Part shown: positions 49,481 to 60,027 of the stretch, piece after piece
Layout: each line of letters starts with the position of its first letter
How positions within the stretch are numbered: the stretch's first letter is position 1
NCBI GenBank assembly: GCA_001179505.1
Contig: CDMY01000414.1
Location: 1-64,000 of the forward strand
Reading direction: 5' to 3'
DNA length: 64,000 nt
Origin: Vitrella brassicaformis CCMP3155
Lineage: Eukaryota; Protista; Chromerida
Made by a program: the position numbers and the translations under genes
Notes under the pieces: model-generated
What the model was told of the DNA's origin: nothing
What the model saw: the letters and a program-made list of their open reading frames with translations, nothing else
Database searches by the model: none

Positions 49481-49619
49481 TACAGGCGGACATGCCAGCC
49501 TTCCGGCCACAGGGTAGCTTTGGCGAACAGGTCGCGCCTATTGCACCGGCCTAGTGTTTCATCATCCACAAGGCCCCATACATCAGGGCCTTGCAGTACA
49601 TGCCGCCGCCATTTGAGTC

Positions 49620-50392
49620 TTACATGCCGTCGCCGAAGCCAGTGGGAGAGTCTCCAGAGTCTCCACGGCTGTAGTCCACGAGGAGGACGCTGAAGAGACT
49701 GAAGAACTCAAGACAGCCAACGCCAGAACTGCTGCACACGCTCCCAGGACCTCGAAAACAAGACTCTGAGAGAGAAGCAGACAACGGCCATGAAATGAAC
49801 AGATGCATTCTTCACTCCTGCCTGCTCGACCCGTGACGGCCCACCTTAGCACTTGGGTGGAGAGGATATCGGTCTCCGTCGCCTCAATGCCCCACTGTCT
49901 GAGCTCGAATCGCAGACCACCCACCGTGGCGTCCTCGGGCTTTTCGACAGGGAAACCTTAAGCGAAGACCTGCTTCGTATACTCGCGCCACAGCTTGGCG
50001 CAGCCAAGAATTACGACCGCTTGTTCTGCTGGGTTGTCCCGAGCGAGTCTCTCCGCCCACGTCTTGCCTGCAGGGGCAACGACAGAGAGCTATTCTCACG
50101 CAGACGGACTGTTGTGCATCGAATGCGTACCCTCATCATCCTGGGCGCCTTCGTTGACTATCTTGTAGGGGAGACTCTTCTTGATCAGTGCGGCGTTCCG
50201 TTTCCCCTGCCAATCGGTTCCCCACTGGCGGCTTGATTTCAGCCAAGCGGTCTTCAGGTCGACCACCTCAGCGCTGGGACCGGTGCCCAATCTCACACGG
50301 AGGACGGGGGGCAGGTCTGAGCCTTCCTCTACTTCAGCTTCGAGTTCAGCTTCACTGGGAGCCGGGGGAGCTGCACACTCACCATCTCCCAT
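49620..50392 (-). CDS. Small hypothetical spliced gene; 3' end uncertain
   Basis: MGDGECAAPP...VLRVRLGTGPSAEVVDLKTAWLKSSRQWG...DDE|GKTWAERLARDNPAEQAVVILGCAKLWREYTKQ|WGIEATETDILSTQVL joins in frame over plausible GT-AG introns. No family recognised. Confidence 0.5.
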
Positions 50393-50514
50393 CGTTCTCG
50401 AGCGGTCCCCGGCCAGAAACAAGTCACGAGGGAGGGCCTCAACGCGCCAGGGTTCCGGGTTTGTAAACCCTTCTGGGGTCATCTCTGACCTGCGGAGCCC
50501 TGAACCCTTCCCTT

Positions 50515-51514
50515 ATGGACGATATCTTCACTTCTCTTCGCTCTGGTGGGCTGATGCATCGAGAGAACATCATGGAGCGCATCCGACAAGAGCAGATGGA
50601 CAAAAGGGAGCGGCAGAGAAGGTTCGAGGAGCTATGCAAAGATGAATCATGCCTCGTCTATGAGCTGCTGTCGATAGAGTACGTAACGCAATTGGCCGCT
50701 TATCTGCGGCAGCGAGTCACCTTTCTGAGGGACATCCGGCAGCAGCAGGAGGAGCAGCAGGAGGAGCAGCAGCAGCAGCAGCGTCCCCCTGCCCGAGAAC
50801 AAGTTGACATCCTCGAGTATGGAAGACCAACGCAAAGCGATTCGATTCGCGTATGTATCCTCTTGATTGATCCTCTTGCATGCTTGTGTGTGTAGGTTGG
50901 GGTGCGGCAGAGGGCTTCTGGCGTTCTGCCTGCAGCGAGAGCTCAGCAACGACGAAGCGCCGAGCCGCCCGATCAGCTATGTGGCCACTGACAGCCACCC
51001 GCCCTTCAGTGACCCATGTCTGGGCATGGTGCCGATTGTCTGTGTGGATGCTGAGGCCGCGCTGCGTCGTTACTCGCCTCTGCTGGTGCTGATATCCTGG
51101 ATGCCCTTTGCCGTCGACTGGACATCGGCCGTCCGGTTGTCTGATGCACTCGAGTACGTGTTGATTGGCCACGGCGAAGGCGGGCTGATGGGCAGGCACT
51201 ACGAAACATGGGGATGCGTACGCGCCGACCCGCACACAGGGGATCTGGACCCGCTGATCAGACGACGACTGGATGACAACAGAGTGGGTGATGGCGAGGG
51301 AGATGATGACACGTGCTGTTATCCCGAGGGCCCACTACCGGACGGCTTGCGGCCGTATGTCTGTGATGGGTTCGAGCGTGTGCGTCTGGTGGATCTGCGT
51401 GAGCTGCAACTGTGTCGCTTCGATGACCTGGAGAGCATGCTGGTGGCGGGGGGGCTGTCGACCTCACAGACTAACTCCTTCAGACGGTGGACAAGGGAGG
51501 GAGGGAATCATTAA
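50515..51514 (+). CDS. Class I SAM-dependent methyltransferase-like protein; exons 50515-50816 and 50896-51514
   Basis: Splicing creates motif I ILELGCGRGLL, followed by YVATD, VDAEAALRRY, LVLISWMP and EYVLIG. Confidence 0.7.
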
Positions 51515-52081
51515 TTAGGCAGCTAGCGAGGAGTGAGCGAGAGTGGTTCCTTTCGATAAGGCTGTGCAGTACGGCTGTGCGGATGCGTGTGTACTGTGCG
51601 GTGCGTGCCAAGCGATGATATATGTGTGGAGTCAGTCAGTCAACCTTGGAGAGTCTATCTGGTTAAGGAAGGCATGCTCGTCTCCAGGCATTTGACACCA
51701 TTAAGTATTGCGTGACCGACACAAAGATTCTCCTCCTCGTGTGGATGAGAGAGATCTCCTCTACTTTTTGGAATGTCTCCCGTCCATGTGGGCGTGTGGT
51801 CCAGATAGATGGATGGATGGCTGGATTGACGGACGACTGACGAATGACGAATGACATACATCGTGTCCGTCCGCATCACAGAGACAAATAGTACAGCCGC
51901 TGACCTAACGAGCCGACAGACTCCCTCCCTCCCTCCCTCCCTCCCCGACTCGACCAAGGCTCAACAACAGTCAGGCACTCTGTCTGTCTGTCTGCCAATC
52001 TCCCACCGGTCATAAACAAAGCGCCGCGCCCTCTGGTCGGTCTATCTTTACACACGCATGTCAGTGAGTGACAGATGAAGG

Positions 52082-53948
52082 CTACCAGCCGCTGAAGTCG
52101 AGTTGTGTCCTGATGGCCTTCTTTTTGACGGGCACGGCGGCGTACTCCTCCTCTATGTCGCCCTTCTCGGCTATCGTCGTCGGCAGCTGACCACGACCTG
52201 CTGGTGCGGAGGACGGGGCGGCCTTGCTAGGTGCTGCACCCGGCCTGAACGAACGAACGATAAAGACCAACAACACACACCACACACACCGCATAGCATA
52301 CAGACAGACAGATAGGGCGGGCGTGACCTTTGTTCGCGTGTCGTGTCGCCCGCCTTAGGTACTGACTTTGCTTTCGCCGCTGCCTTGGGTGCTGCAGCTG
52401 CACTGCCGGCCACATACTTGCCGATCTCGTCCGACTCCCTGACAAACACACACACACACACACAGACAGATGAATGCATGTGATGTGTGCTTGATGGTGC
52501 GGTGCATTCATGTGATGTGTGGCTACTTACCGCTTCGGGTGGCTGGCCATGGCGTCGAGTGCAGCCCTGTTAGAAAACCACGCCGCATTGGGATCCTCCT
52601 GCAGACAGACAGACAGACAGACAGAGAGGAGACACACTCACACCGTCATCTCATCGCGGTCGTTTGTGTTGGCCGCCTGTCTGCTGTGTGAGTGCGTTTG
52701 TGATTGGTTGTGACCTCTGCGGGGTTAAGTTTGTCCTCCTCTTCCTTCTGGAGCTGCTCCTTGGCCTCGGTGAAGGGGTTGCTGAACACGTGGGTCTCAA
52801 CTATCCTGGGCGGCACCTGTACCGCACCAACACACAGACACATCAATCAGTACTGTGCCCATGGCATGCGTGTGTGCCTTGCTTGGTGGTCTCGTCTCAC
52901 GAGTGGTTTGTCATTCTTGTCGGTGTCTAGGGCCTCCATAGCCCGCAGCACGTCCACACCGCCCACAACTGACGGATACAAACAGAGGCAAGGACACACA
53001 CACAGACGTGACTGGACACATGGACACAAACAGGAGTGCAGTGCAGTGCAGTGCAGGTGTGTGTGTGTGTGTGTGTGGACTCGACTCACCCCTTCCGAAT
53101 ACGGTGTGTTTGTAGTTGAGGTGCTCGCAGGACTTGAACGTGATGAAGAACTGAGATTTGTTGGTGTTCTTGCCCGAATTGGCCATGCTCACCACACCCT
53201 GGCCCTGATACACACACACACACACACACACATGGTCGCACACAGCAGCACTAGTCACCCTTCCCGTCTGGCTGCCTGCCGGCATTCGTCCACACACACC
53301 TGGTGCAGCAGCTTGGACACCATTTCGTCTCTGAATGGCTTGCCGTCCTCGAAGGCGCTTTCGCCACCCTCACCAGTGCCCGTCGGATCGCCCCCCTGAA
53401 TCATGAAACTCGGGATGCACCTGCACACCAAACCACACATACACTTGCCAGGCGCCAGTGAAGTGAAGTGGTGCAAAGATTGCCTCACTCACTGACCGAC
53501 TGACCTGTGGAAGATGGTGTCTTTGTAGTATCCCGACTCGCAGTGTCGTAGGAAGTTGTCGCAGGCCATGGGCGTCAGGTCGGCATGCAGCTCGATGTTC
53601 AGACCACCGAGAGTCGTCTCGATACGCACGTACCTGCACTCAGGGAGACACACACACAGAGAGAGATGGAGAGAGAGAGAGAGAGAGAGAGCCCGTCATG
53701 GTCGGTGTAAGTGTGTTGATGTGTTGATGTGTTATGTGACTGACCCCTTCTTTTTGTTCTTCTTGACTCTGGCGTAGTAGGTCTGCCGCACCTCCTCGCC
53801 CGTCATGTCGCGGTACTCAAACCGGGTGTCGATATTCACAGCCGTCGACGTGAAACTCGCAGCCTGCCTGCAACCATTCCATTCGACAATAAGGCGATGA
53901 TCAGTTGCATGGGCTTTCCATCCATCCGTCTGTCCGGCCATCGGCCTA

Positions 53949-53984
<36 letters not shown>

Positions 53985-55213
53985 TGTGCGGATAAGTACT
54001 TGCTGGTGGTGAGGAATGAGTGTTTCTTCTTGGCCTCTGGGGGGGCTGACGCGTCAGCGGGAGCCGGCCTCTTCACGCCTGATCGATATACCGACAGACA
54101 ACACAACCCATCACATCAGACAAGAGACGACCACACCTGTCCTGCCTGCTTGTCTCTCTCGTCTGGTCTTACCACCACCACCAGCGGCAGCGGCAGCGGC
54201 AGCGGCGGGCTCCTCATCCCCCTCCTCGTCGACAAGTGCCTTGAGTTTGTCCTTTTCCTTTTGCTTCTGCTCCTCCATTTTCCTCTTCTCCTCGTAGACC
54301 CGCTCCATCATGTCAGGCCGCTTGATGTAGGCCGTGCTGCTGCCCTCCTCGGCCGGCACGCCCGACGCAGACCCTGAACCGGGAACAGCCAGTCCTGCAG
54401 ATCAGATGGATGACCGACACAACCGACCGACCGACCGACCGACACGGCACACACACACATGCATCGATGGCCCTTTCCCCCTCTGTGTGCGTCTGACCGA
54501 CCTCTTTTGATGTGGTCGAATTCTTCGATTTTCCTGAAGAGGACATCCTGCGGGTCCTGGATGGTGATGACGTCGGCCGAGCTGAATGGCTCTCCCGTGA
54601 TGAGGTCCTTCCAGTTCTTGGCCTTGCGATTGAGCTCCTCGACGGCCTCCTTGGCGTACACGTGTCCGCTCTTGGCGTTGGCCACGATGGTGCTGCGGTC
54701 GGTGAAGACCTTGAACGTCACCGGGCAGTGGTACTCGCCCGCCGCATTCTTGTGGAACTTCAAAGGGATCAAATCACCTACGGGAACGAACAGACAGACA
54801 GACACGACACAATCACAGCACAGCACATCAGGTCAATCGGATGTCTTCCGGTGTGGGTGTATGTGTGTGACTCACCCGCTGAGAGCGGTTTTGCGTTGAC
54901 GGGGTTGCGCTTGTATTTCTTGATGTAGGCAAGAATGCGGGATGCGTCGAAAACGATGCCCTCTTTGGTGCACACGGGGTCGTCGAAGGGCGAGAGGGAA
55001 AGGCCGCAGCAGTAGAAGGGCAGGGCCTTGAAAGGCAGAGCGAGGTTCTGCTTCTTGTAGCCTCCCCAGTCGCGGCCATACTCACTCGGGATGATGTACA
55101 GCTATATGAGGTGGGACACACGCAGCACGCAACGCAACAGGTCAGATCTCGTATGCCGATATCTGCATTCTTTTGGACCTCACCTTGTCTTTGCTGTGCT
55201 GCTTCTTGCCCAT
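52082..55213 (-). CDS. PPIL2: RING/U-box-type E3 ligase cyclophilin PPIL2 (CYP60/CYP65)
   Basis: [10 protein letters not shown]|[43 protein letters not shown] and TIQDP. Cyclophilin core [62 protein letters not shown] and VFSNPF. Terminal DFSGW. Confidence 0.95.
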
Positions 55214-55551
55214 AGCTGCAAAGGAGGAAGGGTCAACGCAATGGGAAAGCTTGCATTCGAAATCAGGCTTAGGGTACTGCGTGAAACCGCTGCGGAAGAA
55301 CGAGATTTCGCAGAAAGACCTTGGAGCTGTTTGTGGCCCTTGCGCAACGAGGTGAGTGACGGGGATGCCAGAGGGGCCATCAGACACGGCATACGTCACC
55401 CTTGGCTGTGTGATCTGATGACAGCACCAGCAAGACAAGCTCTCGAGTGGTCGCGGGATCTCTCCCTGGTGTCATCGAGCTTCATTCCATCGGCTCAACG
55501 CCATGCTTCAAGAGAGGACCCACGACAGGCGGCGGAGAGATCTCTGATGTG

Positions 55552-58150
55552 ATGGCGATGCCTGTGCGATTGGCTGGCGCGTGGCGTATGGGGGAGGACT
55601 GGTGGTGTGTGATTATCATCGTCGCTCTGGTCGTCACGCAGGCCAGCGGCCAGACAGAAGTTCCGTCTGAGTCATCGAGGTGCTTCGGCCACTGGGGCGA
55701 GTGGAGGGCGTGCCAGCTGGATGAGGGCGGCAACTGCACGCGGTCACGTGACCAGCACCTGGATTTCCCGGTGGACGACGAGAATAGGCCGTGCGTCCCC
55801 AAGACGCAGACAGAGCCATGTGCACCCGAGGAGTGCGGCGACCCGAGGGTGTGCAAGGGCAGCTGGAGCGCCTGGTCAACGTGTAGTGAGGAGTGCCGGC
55901 AGACACAAACCTTCACCCTCGACAACAATGACACATCGGTGGACACGAGTCACTGCGCGAACCAAGACAGCGACACCGAGTCCAGAGATTGCGATGGCGG
56001 GGCCTGCGTCAAGGGTGAGCAGACAGACAGCTCCCATGTCCACACGCATCCACATCAGTCTCGTGACGGACCCTTTTGTGTGTTCGTGTGCCCCGTGTGT
56101 GGTGTTCCGTTGCAGATACAGCACCGACCAGCCTCAGCTACCCCGGCCCCGACGTGACGATCCTGTGTGTCGGAATGCCCATTCCCGGGCGCAGGCCGAC
56201 GTGGGAGGGCGGCGCGCCAGAGCGCTTTGAGAGCGACCGGCTGCCCCCGGCGCTGGCGGTCAACACGACCACTGGCGTGCTGGGGGGCACACCAAGGGAA
56301 GAGTCCAGCGAGAAGTCCTACACGATTGAGGTATGCCATGTGTGCGTGAGGATGGACAGAGGGGAAGGGGATCGAGACTATGCAACTCAACTGGTGGATT
56401 GGTGTGCTTGTGCTGGCTGTGCATGGTTCAGGCGGTCAATTCGGGCGGCCGTGCGTCGACAACTCTGACTCTGGAGGTGAAGCCGCCGATGCAGCTAGGG
56501 TCCACACCGGTCCGTCGCAAGAAATGGTCCCCCGTGGTCGACATCGAGCTTACGTCCCTCTCGACCACCTACTACACGCCCCACGAGGTTGTGGCGGTCG
56601 TGGCGCCCTCACAGACGCCCCTCAACGACATCCTCTGCCAAGCTGTGCCCCTCCTGAGGTCCGATGCCAGCTCCATCATCTCTCCCACAGAGTGCCCTGA
56701 GGAGGGGAATGATGGCGGGGGTTTGTGTTTGGTCGGCATGTTGGCCACACCCGGCGAGAAGCAGACGCTGTACCTCAATCTGATGGAAGAGGAGAGCCCC
56801 CCGTGTTGGCCGCTTCTCCATGACAGCGAGGAGCTCAAGGTGGTGGGTCTCGTGACGCTCCTCCCTAACGAGCAGGCCAGGCGGGACGTGCCCATGATCC
56901 GCGAGTACCTCGACAAGCACCACGCTGTAGGCGGCGATGAGACGCCCAATGTGCTGATGCTGGGGATGTCTTCGCCCGAGGAGCGCGCCTTCAAGTTTGT
57001 GTTGGAGGACCCCAGCGAGGAGGACAAGACGGCCCCTTTCCAGACCACCATTCAGCTCAACACGGGCAGCCTCAGCGTCGACAGTCTCCGCGAGCTGGAG
57101 CAGGAGGTTGAGAAGCTTCTCGGTGTGTCGCCCGATCGCATCCGCGTGAAGTCCGCCCCAAACCAGGCCGTCACAGTCGTCTTCATGCCGGAGAAAGTGT
57201 CAAGACGTCGCAGTCTCCACACTGGCCATGCCGAGTACGCCAAAACGCCCTTTGTGCTGTTTGAGGACTTCCGCCGGCACGTCACGGACCCCAGGAGCCG
57301 CCTCTACCAACAACGCGACGAATTCCGGTGGCTTGATGAGGTCGTGGCCAGCAATAAGCCACTCGTGCCACAGAAAATGGTGCTCTGTGCCAGCGGCGCG
57401 GTCGCAGACAGCCCACAGAAGTGCCCCCCCGGGCCGCCCCCCGCCGACAGATCCACACCCGCCCCGCCCCCCACCGATGACAACCCTTGGTATGAGCACG
57501 ACTGGGTGTGGGGGATGATCGGGACGGTCGTCTCGCTAGTGGGGCTCGCCATCTCGTTCCAAATCACCCACTGCAAGAGGACGCGGAGACAGGCTCAGAG
57601 GGACGCCGCTGATGGAGACGGCGGCGATGAGGAGCAGGGCCGGAGCAAGCGGACGGATGACACCAGTGACGACGACAGGCAAGACGGCGACAGCGCAACC
57701 CCGCCCGGCAGGGCGGCTTCTTCGGTCCCGGCGACTCGCCTGCCCAGCCAGGCGTCGCGTGGCGTGGCCGATGATGAAGATGACGCCGACACGACGTACG
57801 CAGAGGAGGATCCGCCCACGGCTGCCCCTGCCCTCGGGATGCCCTACGGCCATCCCCACCCCCAGCTGTCCCCCTACGTGGGCTATTTCCATCCTCATGC
57901 GCCGCCGCACTTCCCCCCCTCTATGCCCTACTACCCCCCCCACCATCATTACGCCTGCGGGAGGCTGTCGGGCGTGCCGATGCACACGCAGAGCGCCACT
58001 CGCAGCAGCCGAAGTGCCTCTGCCAGCCCGGCGGGCAGCTGTCACTGGCCGTCGACACGGTTCGCCTCGAGCAATGTGCTGTCGGTGGCGGTGGGGGATT
58101 CGGCGGATGAGCAGCAGAGAGAGAGAGAGAGGCGGTCTGAGAGAGGGTGA
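55552..58150 (+). CDS. Type I surface protein: signal - 2 x TSP1-like - putative Ig (He_PIG-like) - spacer - TM - long cytoplasmic tail; 3 exons
   Basis: Signal WWCVIIIVALVVTQASG. CFGHWGEWRAC and CKGSWSAWSTCSEEC. LPPALAVNTTTGVLGGTP...YTIE|AVNSGG. TM WVWGMIGTVVSLVGLAISFQI. Acidic and Pro/His-rich tail. The start ATG may be 55552, 55558 or 55588. Confidence 0.8.
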
Positions 58151-59041
58151 GGGAGAGAGGAGTTTTGGTTGTTTTTATTGGGCAATCTGTCCAGCTCAGC
58201 TGCCTCTCTGTCTGATGTCATGTGTCAGTGTGTGTGCGTTGTGAGTGCGGTGCGTTGGTATCGATTCGATCGTATGTGTCCGTGTGTTCGTTCGTGTAAT
58301 CGTGTTTGTACAAGTCTTGTACCACACTACCTGTGTGTCTCCCTCTCTGTATGTGGTGCGGTGCGCTTTATCTAACCCGGTGAGTGAGTGACGATGCGAG
58401 CCACTGTAGAGTGAGTGAGTGGGCTGGGGTGGGGTGGGAGGGGCGGCTGGTTGGCTGCACTGACCTGACTGACGTGTGTCTGACGCGTGTGCCCGTGTTG
58501 CGTGCACCTCAGCTCAGCTCAGCTCAGCTCAGCTCGGTCTCGTGATCGATCCATGGGACAGTGTTGTCCTACTGTTAATGCGGTGTGCTGTGTGTGTGTG
58601 TGTGTGGTGATGTGGCCCCGAACTGTGACTTGACGTGTGTGTGTGCGATTGTGTGAAATCGCCTGATCCGTCGACACGAGGAGATTCCATTGCAATGCCC
58701 CATATGTGGGCAGACAGACAGACAGACAGGCAGTTCAGGTCTCTCGCACTCACAGCAGCAGCACCAGCGACAGGCAGATAAAAACGATGCAAGTCTGGCT
58801 CCTTCTGTACCACCAAACGAAGACACACACACACACACACACACAAGGAGAGAGAGAGAGAGAGAGACACGAACGACGCGCAGAGATGCAACAAGTTGGG
58901 GGGTTGAAAGAGCGACGCACGCAGAAATGTCACGCACAGAAGAAGCGTGCCGTCAGGTCACGCACAGGCACAACACAACAAGCACACGGACACGCAGGGG
59001 TTAAATAGACGGGCGAGAGAGGCAGCCACCCCGCCCCCCCC

Positions 59042-59341
59042 NNNNNNNNNNNNNNNNNNNNNNNNNNNNNNNNNNNNNNNNNNNNNNNNNNNNNNNNNNN
59101 NNNNNNNNNNNNNNNNNNNNNNNNNNNNNNNNNNNNNNNNNNNNNNNNNNNNNNNNNNNNNNNNNNNNNNNNNNNNNNNNNNNNNNNNNNNNNNNNNNNN
59201 NNNNNNNNNNNNNNNNNNNNNNNNNNNNNNNNNNNNNNNNNNNNNNNNNNNNNNNNNNNNNNNNNNNNNNNNNNNNNNNNNNNNNNNNNNNNNNNNNNNN
59301 NNNNNNNNNNNNNNNNNNNNNNNNNNNNNNNNNNNNNNNNN
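59042..59341. other. Assembly gap (300 N) flanked by poly-C runs
   Basis: Run of N between C homopolymers. Confidence 1.
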
Positions 59342-59372
<31 letters not shown>

Positions 59373-60027
59373 CCCGGCCCCCCATCACTGATGCTATAGT
59401 GGGCAGTGCCCGGCACAACACGTCTGTCATGCAGAGCCATACATACGCCATTGAGAGAGACACATGCGATTCGTCCATCCAAGAAAGAGGTGGAGAGGAC
59501 CCACCGGCCGACAAACACACTGGGTGAGAGAGAGAGAGAGAGAGAGGTGAGCGGCAGGCTTTCAATCAAAGCCTGCCGCCGTGGCTCGTCCAACCAACGA
59601 AACGGCCTACCGCCTGCCTAAACGAGATGGTTTCTATGAGAGCCAGCTCTTCGCAGCTAGCAATGCTGTGCGGCCATCCCATAGCCATCATGAAGGAGTC
59701 AATCGGTGCGATCAATAACAAACAGGGCCATACCAGCCAACAAAGGCAATCACAAAACCTCCCCATGTCCGATGGATCGATGGATGGATGGATGCATGAA
59801 TTCATCCACCCCCCCACGCAGAGAGAGACCCACTGATCTTGAGAGGAGTCCCTCACGCGCCTTCTCGCCCTCCCCCTTCCCCTCCCTCCCCCCGCCCAGC
59901 CCGAATGAACAAACACAAACACAGTAGGTGGGAGTACGAATTACAAACACACCATGAGCACATCAGTCGGGAAAACGATACACACATACACGCACAAAGC
60001 AGCGAGCAATCGCCCACATGCCGACAC

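Larger units (their letters stand above)
49059..50474. repeat. Imperfect 34-bp inverted repeat pair (49059-49092 and 50441-50474; 30/34 identical)
   Basis: agaagaattcacaaacccagaaccctggcgcgtt versus the reverse complement of aacgcgccagggttccgggtttgtaaacccttct. Confidence 0.85.

Noticed and set aside
59030-59380. Poly-C tracts as a functional G-quadruplex or poly-Pro/Gly exon
   Set aside because: They border a gap and are typical of sequencing dropout. Their true length is unknown.
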